A stretch of 60,599 nucleotides of DNA, the filler included. It is 9 parts of 9 records of this genome, joined end to end, with 100 filler letters (N's around TTAATTAATTAA, not from the genome) between each part and the next. Parts side by side here need not be neighbours in the genome. Positions count along the whole stretch, not along the records: positions 7,641 to 14,042 come from SRR31156797_32497; positions 14,143 to 22,868 come from SRR31156797_32500; 7 more parts are not named here. One strand, 5' to 3'. The position numbers and the translations under genes were made by a program. Below the pieces are notes generated by a model, which was not told the origin of the DNA, did not search any database, and was given only the letters and a program-made list of their open reading frames with translations. Positions within the stretch are counted from its first letter, which is position 1; every line of letters begins with the position of its first letter. Below, piece after piece: positions 10,813 through 20,489 of the stretch.

Positions 10813-12005
10813 TACAGATCCTCCTTGATGACAGGCCTGACCTTCAGACCGTCCAGGTAGCTGGAATTGGGAGTCAGGGCGACCAGATAGGGTGGCTCTA
10901 GAATCTTCGGCCTTTCCAGATAGAGGTCCCCCTTGCCGTTGAAGACGAGCTCGCCCTGGGTCCTGACAAGGCGGTTCTCCCCATCGATAAGCCAGAGATC
11001 CCCGTCTCTGGTCAGACAGTTCTCCGGCAGGCGGAGTATGTCCCGCTGAAGCTCTCCATGTATGTGTATGGTAAGGAAACTGCCCGGCAAAACAGAATCG
11101 GACTTCCCGGTCGGCACGGCCTGCCCTATAGGCCCAGGCGCTTCAGTCCGTCTCGGGGGCGTCCTCAGACGAATAAAGACGGTCCGCATCCTGGATGCGG
11201 AATCGATCTCCCCCGCCGCCCTGCAGGCATCCCCCTTCCAGCTCAGCCCGCGCTGCGGGTCGCTCAGCTCCACCTCCCATGATGCGAAGTCCTCTCCCAG
11301 CAGCTCCCACTGCCGGACGCTCAGGGGAAGCTCCAGGATCAGGGCCTCACTGGAATAGAGGGAGTAGACGGGACTGCCCGGAAGGAGGCTGTCCCCCTCC
11401 TCTACCTCCCGTGAGCTGACGACTCCCGCATAGGGAGCACGGAGATCCGTCTGCTCATAGCGTTCCTCAGCCGACTTCAGCGCGGCCTCAGCGGCCTTTA
11501 GCTCGGCTCGGGCGGCCATGATCTGGGGTTCCCTGAACACCAGGGACGATTCGGGGCTGCCTTCGAAGCCGGAACGCTCCCAGCTGGATCTGGCTTCCTG
11601 TCCCATCTTCTCTTCGGACAGGTAGTTCAGACGCGCCGAAGCCAGTCTGGCCCTGGCCGATGTCAGCTCGACCAGCCCCTCATCCCTGTTCAAGCGGACA
11701 AGCAGATCGCCCTTCTGCACGGCATTGCCGACCCTTAGCAAGGGGGAGAGGAACTCAACCCGGCCGCCGACGGAAGTCGTGACGTCGTTCCGGGTTTCGG
11801 CCCTTGCCTCGGCCATACCGCTTATGGCGACAGGATAATCCCCGCATTCAACCGAGAGTACGGTAACCGGCATGGCCTGGGCAGTCGGCTCCTTGTTCCG
11901 ATCCGGATTCTCCTTTCTATTAAGTCCCGCGGCAAAAGCGACGGCCCCGACGCAGAGAGCGCCTATCAGTATCGTTTTCAATACCGTGTTTTTCCTATAA
12001 CTCAT
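10812..12005 (-). CDS. RND periplasmic adaptor (membrane fusion protein)
   Basis: N-terminal TM; lipoyl-like VGGRV...VQKGDLLV; coiled hairpin; LRAPYAGVV; translationally coupled to the RND gene. Confidence 0.92.
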   Translation of the reverse strand: MSYRKNTVLKTILIGALCVGAVAFAAGLNRKENPDRNKEPTAQAMPVTVLSVECGDYPVAISGMAEARAETRNDVTTSVGGRVEFLSPLLRVGNAVQKGDLLVRLNRDEGLVELTSARARLASARLNYLSEEKMGQEARSSWERSGFEGSPESSLVFREPQIMAARAELKAAEAALKSAEERYEQTDLRAPYAGVVSSREVEEGDSLLPGSPVYSLYSSEALILELPLSVRQWELLGEDFASWEVELSDPQRGLSWKGDACRAAGEIDSASRMRTVFIRLRTPPRRTEAPGPIGQAVPTGKSDSVLPGSFLTIHIHGELQRDILRLPENCLTRDGDLWLIDGENRLVRTQGELVFNGKGDLYLERPKILEPPYLVALTPNSSYLDGLKVRPVIKEDL

Positions 12006-12016
12006 TTCCGACTCCC

Positions 12017-13384
12017 CTATCCCAGCCCCAACGACAGGGCCAGATTGATTCGATTGATATATAAAGACGCCCTCATCTCGATGATCCGGAGCTTATAGGA
12101 AAGCAGATCATCCTGAGCGTTCAGGTAGTTTTCTATTCCCGTAATGCCGTTCAGATAGCGACGCTCCGCCACTCCGAGAATCGTTTCCGATTCGTCATGC
12201 GCTCTGGTCAGCGCCTCCAGGAGCTTCAGATACTCCGATTCATTCCGGATTCCCAATTCTATTTCGGACCGCGCCCTGTTCCTGCAGCTCTTCAGATCCG
12301 AAAGAGCGGCATTTCTGCGGGCATCCTTCTCCCTCAGCAGGTGGTAGCGGCGGCCTCCGGCAAAGAGAGGAACGTTCAAAGTCCCCTGGACCAGCCAGTT
12401 CCTGTCGGAGGATTCGACCTTGTCCGCTTTTTCAGACTCCTTATAGATCCGGGCTCCCAGAGACAGACGGGGAAGGAATCCCTTTATAGCCTCCCTACGC
12501 CCGAGCCGGGCAGCCTCGAGCGCCTCCAGGGCCTGCCGGACATCCGTCCGCCCCGGAAGAAACCCATCCTTTGAAGGAAGAGCGGGACAAGCGATCTCCG
12601 GCAGCTCTTCCGGAACCGGAAGCCTCCCGGACAGGTCCTGTTCCAACAGGAGGTCCATCCGCGACTGCAGCTGATGCAATCTGGTTTTCCTGTGGAGCAG
12701 ATTCGCCTCCGCTATGGCCCGTTTGCTATTCGTATAGGACAGATCGTCTACCGAAGCGATGCCTGAGCGAAAGCGTTCTTCTATGATCAGCCCCGTGCGG
12801 TCAAGGAGCTCTATCCGCTTCTCTTCCACCCGAAGCGACATCTGTTGTGCGGCCTGTTCGATCCTGATCTGTATGATCCCCACGGCAAGAGAACGCTTCT
12901 CCTGCTCCAAAGCGATCTCATTCAGCTTCAGCTCATGGCCCAGAACTCTCTGTCCGTCGACGCCGCGTCCCCAGATGTCCAGCTCCCAACCCAGATCGAA
13001 ACCTCCCCTGAAGGAGTTAGCGATTTCCTTCTCGCCGGTGATCTCATCGATCCCCAGGTTGTTCCTTCCCGCTGTCAACTCAAAGCTCAGATCCGGGAGC
13101 AGAGAAGCCAGATTCTGCTTCAGCTGATAGGACTCGGCCTGTAGATTGAAGCTTCGGGAAAGGAGGTCGCAGTTGTTCCTCCGGGCTTCGGAAATAAGCG
13201 ATAAGAGCTCTTCATCCTTCACCAGTGCGCTGAGACTCGATGCGGGCGGCTCATCCTCTCTCCAGAGCTCTCTTCCCGGCTCTTCTCCCGGGTTTGCAGG
13301 CCCTATCCCCTGAGCGCTTCTGCAGGAGCAGAAGGCCGCCGCCAGCAACAGAAAGGCAAGGATTCTATAAACTGAAATACGCAT
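12017..13384 (-). CDS. TolC/OprM-family outer membrane factor (lipoprotein)
   Basis: Lipobox-like AAAFCSC; WELDIWG; PLFAGG; two OEP-like repeats. Confidence 0.9.
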   Translation of the reverse strand: MRISVYRILAFLLLAAAFCSCRSAQGIGPANPGEEPGRELWREDEPPASSLSALVKDEELLSLISEARRNNCDLLSRSFNLQAESYQLKQNLASLLPDLSFELTAGRNNLGIDEITGEKEIANSFRGGFDLGWELDIWGRGVDGQRVLGHELKLNEIALEQEKRSLAVGIIQIRIEQAAQQMSLRVEEKRIELLDRTGLIIEERFRSGIASVDDLSYTNSKRAIAEANLLHRKTRLHQLQSRMDLLLEQDLSGRLPVPEELPEIACPALPSKDGFLPGRTDVRQALEALEAARLGRREAIKGFLPRLSLGARIYKESEKADKVESSDRNWLVQGTLNVPLFAGGRRYHLLREKDARRNAALSDLKSCRNRARSEIELGIRNESEYLKLLEALTRAHDESETILGVAERRYLNGITGIENYLNAQDDLLSYKLRIIEMRASLYINRINLALSLGLG

Positions 13385-14030
13385 CGAAGCTCACCTCGCT
13401 GACCACCCGGCCCCTGAATTCGGATAGGAAGGATTTGTACTCCAGATCCATGACATAACTGATGCTCAGGGGATACCAGCACTCCTCGGAAACATGAAAG
13501 TCGATGCGGCCCTCGAGCTTCAGAATTTCCAGACCGTCCAACCCGGTCACCCCTTCGCTTGTATATTCCACCCTTACGGGAACGCCCCGCTCTTTTTCGA
13601 TCCAGCTGACACCGGACCAGCAGCCATCCTCTCTCTCATATTTGAAATCATAGACCTCGCAATCATCCTCTCCGATCCGCTCGGAACCGGGGCGCTTATG
13701 CGCGAAGAGTCCACTTTTCATAAGTTCATCGTGAGGGTTCACAGCCAGACTGGTCAGAAAGAGAAGGGTTCCCTCCGGATCGAACCGCCGCCTTTCCCGC
13801 GACGTCACATCCTTGCCATTGGAACAGGCAGACACAAGCTCGATCTCTATACCGTCTTTATCTGCTTCGAGGGAGTATTCTCTCTGGACGGAATCAACGA
13901 GCGCCCCCTTTTGATCATAACTTCGCTCGTCCTCATGCACCCGACCGGGCATCCATTGCCGATTAGCAGAACCGATTTCAATAGACCGGTCCCAAAGGCT
14001 GTCATCTGCCTGTACTGACGCCAGGGCCAT
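13365..14030 (-). CDS. Hypothetical exported protein, possibly LolA-like beta fold; probably 5'-truncated
   Basis: ORF begins at the contig edge and overlaps the OMF start; beta-rich ERIGEDDCEVYDF...SWIEKERGVPVRVEY pattern. Confidence 0.6.
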   Translation of the reverse strand: MALASVQADDSLWDRSIEIGSANRQWMPGRVHEDERSYDQKGALVDSVQREYSLEADKDGIEIELVSACSNGKDVTSRERRRFDPEGTLLFLTSLAVNPHDELMKSGLFAHKRPGSERIGEDDCEVYDFKYEREDGCWSGVSWIEKERGVPVRVEYTSEGVTGLDGLEILKLEGRIDFHVSEECWYPLSISYVMDLEYKSFLSEFRGRVVSEVSFDAYFSL

Positions 14031-14042
14031 AAAACAGGTCAG

Positions 14043-14142
14043 NNNNNNNNNNNNNNNNNNNNNNNNNNNNNNNNNNNNNNNNNNNNTTAATTAATTAANN
14101 NNNNNNNNNNNNNNNNNNNNNNNNNNNNNNNNNNNNNNNNNN
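14043..14142. other. Synthetic contig spacer
   Basis: 44N + TTAATTAATTAA + 44N. Confidence 0.99.
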
Positions 14143-14806
14143 AACGCCTATCGAACTTTTACAGGACTGCGTGGATTCGGGACTGTACATGGTGCATCCC
14201 GGTGTTGAAGGCGCCACCCAGGAAATGCTGGACTTCATGAACAAGAAGGAAAAGGCCGGCGACACGCTTGAGGCCGCGCGCAAGCTCAGCAGCGTCGGCG
14301 TCAAATCCTTGTACAGCTTTATTGTCGGTCTGCCTGATGAACCTTCGACCAATATCCAGGACACTTTCGACATGGTTGAGGAGCTTAAAAAGATCAACCG
14401 CGACAACATTATGCCGGTGAACTTTTATACGCCTTATCCCGGCAACAGGCTTTTTGATATTTCTTGTGAAAGAGGATTCGTCCCTCCGCAGTCTCTTGAA
14501 GAATGGTCCGATTTCAACACCAGGGTCGGTATTACTCCCTGGCTTACGGAAAATTTCCGCCACGAAGTCATGAAAAGGGACAAGTATTACTACCCGGCGG
14601 CCTACCCGTCAGACGTCATGCTTAAAAAAATGAAGGAAGGCGGCATGAAATACATTTATCGCCTTCTGCATCGCATTGCCAAATACCGGGTGACCAACAG
14701 GAATTTCAAATACGACATCGACTGGAAGCTGCTTTATGCTTACTGGCGGTTCTGGGAAAAGAACCGCAACAGGCTGCCGCTGCCCAATATCCACTTCAGG
14801 TGGTAG
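14143..14806 (+). CDS. Radical SAM protein, C-terminal part (B12-binding class B methyltransferase-like), 5'-truncated
   Basis: GVEGATQEMLDFMNK, SFIVGLPDE and FYTPYPG motifs typical of B12/radical SAM C-termini; the CxxxCxxC motif would lie beyond the contig edge. Confidence 0.8.
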
Positions 14807-15592
14807 ATGCTTCATTTAATGCTCTTTACCAACGATCCCGATTTGGCGGGGATCGCGGCCGAAGCCGGCGTAAGCCGGATTGTGATCGACATAGAAAGAC
14901 GAGGCAAGGAGCAGCGCCAGTTCGGCTATCATCTCGAAATTAATGAAGACCGGATAAGCGACCTGAAGAACCTCGCCTCCCTGCCCGTTGAAAGGGTGTT
15001 AAGGATAAATTCACTCAATCCGAAAACAGAGCTTGAGATCGAACGGGCCCTGGATATCGGCGTGGATTTTTTCATGCTGCCCATGGTGAAGTGGTACGAC
15101 GAAGTTCGCGAGTTCGTGGACATGGTCGCCGGCCGAGCCAAAACCATCGCCCTGGTGGAAACCCTGCCCGGTCTTGTGAACATCGAAGATATATGCTCCA
15201 TCAAAGAGCTTGACGAGATATACATCGGCCTCAACGACCTTCGGGTCGAAGTCAGGTGGCCGTTCGGATACCGTTATCTTTCCGACGGCATCCTTGATTT
15301 CTTTATCAGTAAAAACAGCAAGAGCATGGGTTTCGGCGGTTTGACCATCCTGGAACATGGCCGACCTTTGCAGACTGAATCGATACTGAAGGAGATGGCC
15401 CGCCTTGGCGCTGAAACGGTAATTGTCAGAAGGGCTTTCAAACGTGATGTCGCCGGAAAATCCATGAAAGATGAAGTTGAAAAAATCAAGGAATATTACA
15501 ATCTGTGCCTTTTGCGCGACCCCGATCAGGCGGAAGCCGATAAGCTGGCGGTCTGGAATGAAATACGCAGTATATGTGGAACAATGAAATGA
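14807..15592 (+). CDS. HpcH/HpaI aldolase/citrate lyase family protein
   Basis: IVIDIE, FMLPMVK, LVET, IYIGLNDL TIM-barrel motifs; ATG directly after the upstream TAG. Confidence 0.82.
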   Translation: MLHLMLFTNDPDLAGIAAEAGVSRIVIDIERRGKEQRQFGYHLEINEDRISDLKNLASLPVERVLRINSLNPKTELEIERALDIGVDFFMLPMVKWYDEVREFVDMVAGRAKTIALVETLPGLVNIEDICSIKELDEIYIGLNDLRVEVRWPFGYRYLSDGILDFFISKNSKSMGFGGLTILEHGRPLQTESILKEMARLGAETVIVRRAFKRDVAGKSMKDEVEKIKEYYNLCLLRDPDQAEADKLAVWNEIRSICGTMK

Positions 15593-16800
15593 ACAACGAA
15601 CGGAAGAAAATACTGATGGCCGCATATGGCGGCGGGCACGTTAACCTAATGGTACCGGTCTACAAAGAGCTGTGCCGGGACTATGATATTGCCTTTTTAG
15701 GCCTTTCCATCGCCGGCGCCGTTTTACAGGCGGAAGGAATTCCATATAAGCAATACAGCAATTATGAAAATGACATCATGGATGAGGATGCTTATCGCCT
15801 GGGCGAGGAATTTGCCGATCTATGGCATGTGGACGGCAAGGTCGACCGGCGGGAGTCGGTGATGTACCTGGGCGCTTGCATGCGAGACCTGATAAAGATA
15901 CACGGAGAGGAAAAGGCCAGGGAACTGGTCAAACAAAACGGTCGCATGCCGCTTTTACCTCTGTGGACAGCGTCCAAAATAGTGGAATTGGAAAATCCGG
16001 ATATTATCGTAACCACAAATTCGCCCAGAACGGAACGCGCCCTGACCATGGCCGGCCGGCAAAAGAATATTCCGACCCTGAATATCCACGATCATTTGGG
16101 ATTCGAACCCCGGCACAAGCTGGAATCAGATCGGATTGCCGTAATGTGCGACATTACCCGCGACAACCTGATCAGAACCGGCCACGATCCTGAAAAAATT
16201 ATTGTTTGCGGCCAGCCCGCCTTTGATTCCATAGTTGCGGAAACCGAAAACTATGATCGCGCCGCTCTATGCAAAAAGCTGGGGCTTGATCCGGAAGGGA
16301 AGTATGTTCTATTGGGCAGCCAGGCCCAATGGACCAGGGAAATGCTGGCCGCGGTTGTAACAGCGGTTAAAGAGATAGATCCGGCGCACAAGCTGCTTAT
16401 CAAACCGCACCCGGGAGAAGACAAGGAATTATATGACGAACTGAAAAAAACTCATCCCGAGTTCACCTTGTTTACGGACATAAGCATCCGCGAGCTTATC
16501 GCCGTAAGTGAAATAATGATTGCCTTATGGTCGACCGTGGGCCTGGAAGCCGTGTTAATGGGAAAACCGTTGATTCAGATGAATTTGCCTGAAATCCCCA
16601 ATATGATACCGTTGTTCCAATACGGCATATCTCTTGAAATTAGCGATCTGTCCGAGACCGGGGATAAAATCAATACAGCCTTGTTTGATATGGACTACAG
16701 GCAGGTGTTTCAAAAACAGCGCCTGGAGCTTTTGGCCAACCTGATTTCCGGGCAGGGCACGGAAAAAGTGTGCGGCCTGATAAGGGATATGCTCCAATAA
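15589..16800 (+). CDS. GT-B fold protein (glycosyltransferase / UDP-GlcNAc 2-epimerase-like)
   Basis: GGGH N-terminal motif, CGQPAFD, IKPHPGE, STVGLEAVLMGKP; ATGA overlap with the aldolase stop. Confidence 0.78.
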   Translation: MNNERKKILMAAYGGGHVNLMVPVYKELCRDYDIAFLGLSIAGAVLQAEGIPYKQYSNYENDIMDEDAYRLGEEFADLWHVDGKVDRRESVMYLGACMRDLIKIHGEEKARELVKQNGRMPLLPLWTASKIVELENPDIIVTTNSPRTERALTMAGRQKNIPTLNIHDHLGFEPRHKLESDRIAVMCDITRDNLIRTGHDPEKIIVCGQPAFDSIVAETENYDRAALCKKLGLDPEGKYVLLGSQAQWTREMLAAVVTAVKEIDPAHKLLIKPHPGEDKELYDELKKTHPEFTLFTDISIRELIAVSEIMIALWSTVGLEAVLMGKPLIQMNLPEIPNMIPLFQYGISLEISDLSETGDKINTALFDMDYRQVFQKQRLELLANLISGQGTEKVCGLIRDMLQ

Positions 16801-16833
16801 ATCCGGATTAAAACCGGGGAAGGAAATCCTTTT

Positions 16834-17508
16834 ATGAGTGAAGAAGTGAAAGCCTGGGATCCGGAATGGGAAAATATCCATCAGACCGAGGAATGGGGAA
16901 AATACCCGAGCGAACATCTTATTCGTTTTACCGCCAGAAACTTTTACGGATATAAAAACAGGAAAGATGCTCGGATTCTTGAAATCGGATGCGGAACAGG
17001 CGCCCAGATCTGGTACCTGGCCCGGGAAGGTTTTGACGTTTACGGCGTGGATGGCAGCCGGACCGCAATAGAAGGCGCCCGCTCGCGTTTGGCCGAGGAA
17101 AGGCTTGAAGCTTCGCTTGAAGTCGGCGATGTTATAAAACTCATTTATCCCGACAACTACTTTGACGGCGTCGTGGATATTGAATGTCTCATGGGCAATG
17201 ACTGGGAATCCTCACAACGTATTATAGCGGAAATTCAAAGGGTGTTGAAACCCGGCGGGCGGTTCTTTTCCCAGACATTCACCACCAATACTTACGTTGG
17301 GCAAAAGCGCGAGGAACTGGGAAACAACACGTACAGGAATATAAGCGACGGTCCTTTGGCCCGGAAGCGCCTTTTAAGGCTTACGGCCGAAGAAGATATT
17401 GAGCGTTTGTATTCCGGCTTTTCCAAAATTTCTTACGACGCGGCTTCGGTTTCCCGTGATGAACGTAAATACATTTCCGAGGAATGGCTCATCACATGCT
17501 TTTTGTAG
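16834..17508 (+). CDS. Class I SAM-dependent methyltransferase
   Basis: ILEIGCGTG, GVDGS, FDGVVD, RVLKPGG. Confidence 0.92.
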   Translation: MSEEVKAWDPEWENIHQTEEWGKYPSEHLIRFTARNFYGYKNRKDARILEIGCGTGAQIWYLAREGFDVYGVDGSRTAIEGARSRLAEERLEASLEVGDVIKLIYPDNYFDGVVDIECLMGNDWESSQRIIAEIQRVLKPGGRFFSQTFTTNTYVGQKREELGNNTYRNISDGPLARKRLLRLTAEEDIERLYSGFSKISYDAASVSRDERKYISEEWLITCFL

Positions 17509-17517
17509 GAGTTGAAA

Positions 17518-18648
17518 ATGGAATGGCGTAACGCCGGATTAAATGAATATGAAAAGGTAAAAGCCTTTTTTGAATCCTATTACGGGCCCGGCTATTTTAT
17601 GGTTGAAAGCGAGTTTTTCAACTGGATGTTTTATGATAATCCGTTGAGAAACAGGGAAGCAACCGATGAAGAGTATACTTCATATTGCGCAATCGAAGGC
17701 GATGAAATAATTGCCTGCATCCATTACGTGCCGTGCGATTTGTATGTTGAAGGCAAGCCCCATCCCGCCTGTTGGTCGGCCAATTCATTCGCCCTTCCGG
17801 ACAGCCCGGGCATTGCCGGACTCCTCATGAAAAAGAATATAAGGAAGTTCAGTTATTACATGTCCATGGCCGCTACCCAGTGGGTTCGCGAGATCTACAC
17901 TACTCAGTTCGGTTTTGAATACCAACATAATATCGATCGGAAAATAATGGTCGGCCGCGCTGATGATTGCACCGATATACTGAAAAGGAACACGCGAAAT
18001 ATAGTTGATGATTTTAGTGGACTGCACGACTGGCAGAATGAAACCCATAATGCCGCCGCCCACGGTTCATATTTCCAGATTAATCAATTTGAAGAATTGA
18101 ATGACCGTTACTGGCAAGATCATCTTGAAGCGTGCCGCGTCACAGTGGCTAAAGATCCGGAACTGATCAAATGGCGTTACTTTGATCATCCGTTTATTCA
18201 ATATGACATTATTTCAGGGGATGAAAACCAGGACTCCGGACTGGCCGTGTTGCGCCTGGAAACAATAAAGGACAGCGACCTCAAGGTTGCCCGTCTTCTG
18301 GACTTCATGCCGACTAAAGAGGGCGGTAAAGATTTGGCCAACGCCCTGGCCAGGTACGTTGTTGATAATGGCGCAATCTTTCTCGATTTTTTCTGCGGGT
18401 CCAGGAAGTTTATGAAGGAAAGCCTGCCTTCTCCTTTTGTTGAAGAGGAAAAGCATCTGAATTATATGTTCCCCCGCATGCTGCAGCCCGTGGAATGGCG
18501 GGACAGATACAGCATTAACGCTTCTTTCCACCGCAACAAACGGCAAAAGGATTTGCCCGAGGTTGAGCTTGAGGAAATTTATTTTACCAAGGGAGACCCT
18601 TGCCAGGATGTTGTATTGAATAAAGGCTATAAAACAAAGAGTAGATAG
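17518..18648 (+). CDS. Hypothetical protein, probable tandem GNAT-fold acyltransferase
   Basis: AGGAG RBS; FFNWMFYDNP and IKWRYFDHP repeats plus a C-terminal YFTKGD, the pattern of double-GNAT proteins in polysaccharide loci. Confidence 0.6.
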   Translation: MEWRNAGLNEYEKVKAFFESYYGPGYFMVESEFFNWMFYDNPLRNREATDEEYTSYCAIEGDEIIACIHYVPCDLYVEGKPHPACWSANSFALPDSPGIAGLLMKKNIRKFSYYMSMAATQWVREIYTTQFGFEYQHNIDRKIMVGRADDCTDILKRNTRNIVDDFSGLHDWQNETHNAAAHGSYFQINQFEELNDRYWQDHLEACRVTVAKDPELIKWRYFDHPFIQYDIISGDENQDSGLAVLRLETIKDSDLKVARLLDFMPTKEGGKDLANALARYVVDNGAIFLDFFCGSRKFMKESLPSPFVEEEKHLNYMFPRMLQPVEWRDRYSINASFHRNKRQKDLPEVELEEIYFTKGDPCQDVVLNKGYKTKSR

Positions 18649-18675
18649 TCGACAAGATTTATTAATGGAGCCATA

Positions 18676-18918
18676 ATGGAAGACCTTTCCAGAATAATGA
18701 AAGTGATTCAGGAAGTTGCCCTGGGAGATAACGATTACAACCCTGAAGATTCCTTACTTGAAACCGGGGTTATTGATTCCCTGACAATATTGGAAATTGT
18801 CAATGGAATCGAAGAAGAGTTTGATCTGGAATTTGACGACGACGAACTCGAAATTGAAAACTTTGAATCAGCAGCCAAAATTTTAAGGCTGATCAAAGCG
18901 AAGACAGGCAATGAATAG
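18676..18918 (+). CDS. Acyl carrier protein
   Basis: 80 aa, very acidic; GVIDSL phosphopantetheine Ser motif; ENFES tail. Confidence 0.92.
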   Translation: MEDLSRIMKVIQEVALGDNDYNPEDSLLETGVIDSLTILEIVNGIEEEFDLEFDDDELEIENFESAAKILRLIKAKTGNE

Positions 18919-20485
18919 AAATATTTACAATCTATTGCGTCAGAGAGGCCTGAGCCCGGAAACCAGGGACAAAACCGCCCTTATAGACGGCGACGCCCGG
19001 ATGACATATGCGGAACTCTACGCCTGGGCGCGAAATATTGCCTCTTATTTGGATAAAAGCGACAGACTGGCCCCGGGCGATCGCGTAGGAATATTTCTAA
19101 GAAAATGCCGGCAGAAAGTCGCTTCCATCTTCGGAATAGCAGGGGCCGGTTATGTATTCGTGGTCATAAATAACCAACTGAAAGCCGACCAGATCGAATA
19201 CATATTGAATGATTGCAATATCAAGGCCCTGGTCACGTCCGGGTCTTTATTGAAAAATGCCGGAGTGTCGTTTGCCAATACCGAAGTCCGGGAAATAATC
19301 GACATTGAAAACAATGAGAATCCCCCTGAAGTAGAATCGATTCCTTTTGATGAAATCTGTTCCAACCCGGCGACGTACGGCTTTGACGAATGCAGAGCCA
19401 TCGGCCGCGACCTGGCCTCGATAATTTATACTTCCGGTTCAACCGGTTTTCCCAAGGGAGTGGTGCTGAGCCACGACAACCTGATGGACGGCGCCGAAAT
19501 CATTTCCGGGTACCTTAAGCTGGGACCTGATGAAAAGATTCTGAGCGTGCTGCCGTTCAGTTTTGATTACGGTTTAAACCAGGCCATGGACGCCGTCCTG
19601 ACCGGTTCGACCCTGGTGCTGCTGAATTATGTCTTTATAAAAGACCTGGTCAAAACCATAGAAAAAAACAGCGTGACTGTCTTGCCCCTTGTGCCGCATT
19701 TATGGGTCCAGCTTATAAATTACCTGGAAAAAAAGAATATTTCATTAAATACCGTCCGCAGGATGACCAATACGGGCGGCCCGGTTAACAAGAAATATGT
19801 CCTTAAGTTCAAAGGGTGTTTCCCCGAGGGGGATCTGTTCCTGATGTACGGCCTGACCGAAGCTTTCCGGTCCACTTATCTGCCTCCTTCCGAAGTCAAA
19901 AACAGGCCGGAATCCATTGGCAAGGCCATTCCAAGGGTCAGGATAATGGTCCTTAATGAAGACGGACAGGAATGCAATCCGGGCGAAACAGGGGAGTTGG
20001 TCCACCAGGGCGCCCTTGTTTCCTATGGTTATTGGGGAGACCCGGAAAGAACAAATGCCGTCTTTGCCAGAAATCCGTTTCAGCCTGCTGAGCAGATAGT
20101 GGACGACATGGTCGTCTATTCCGGGGACCTGGTAAAAAGAGACGAAGAAGGCTTTATTTATTTTTTGGGTAGAAAAGACAACATTGTCAAATCTTTCGGT
20201 TACAGGATCAGCTTGCTGGAAATAGAACGTGCTGTCAGCGCCTTTAAGGGCGTCAAGGATGTTGTAGTGGTGGGCAAGCCGGATGAAGAAAAAGGCACTC
20301 GTTTCCGTATGCTGATTTTGACCGGCGACGAATCCATGGACCTCAAAACTTTCAAACAGGCCTTGAAAAAAGAGCTGCCCTACTACATGGTCCCTGATGA
20401 AGTTGAACTGGTGAAAAGGTTTCCGTTGACCCCGCATGGAAAAGTGGATCGTTCCGGGCTGCAAAAACAATATCTCGCGGAATAA
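18911..20485 (+). CDS. AMP-forming acyl/aminoacyl ligase (ANL superfamily)
   Basis: YTSGSTGFPKGV, YGLTE, YSGDLV, GRKD, PHGKVDR; overlaps the ACP gene. Confidence 0.93.
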   Translation: MNRNIYNLLRQRGLSPETRDKTALIDGDARMTYAELYAWARNIASYLDKSDRLAPGDRVGIFLRKCRQKVASIFGIAGAGYVFVVINNQLKADQIEYILNDCNIKALVTSGSLLKNAGVSFANTEVREIIDIENNENPPEVESIPFDEICSNPATYGFDECRAIGRDLASIIYTSGSTGFPKGVVLSHDNLMDGAEIISGYLKLGPDEKILSVLPFSFDYGLNQAMDAVLTGSTLVLLNYVFIKDLVKTIEKNSVTVLPLVPHLWVQLINYLEKKNISLNTVRRMTNTGGPVNKKYVLKFKGCFPEGDLFLMYGLTEAFRSTYLPPSEVKNRPESIGKAIPRVRIMVLNEDGQECNPGETGELVHQGALVSYGYWGDPERTNAVFARNPFQPAEQIVDDMVVYSGDLVKRDEEGFIYFLGRKDNIVKSFGYRISLLEIERAVSAFKGVKDVVVVGKPDEEKGTRFRMLILTGDESMDLKTFKQALKKELPYYMVPDEVELVKRFPLTPHGKVDRSGLQKQYLAE

Positions 20486-20489
20486 ATTT

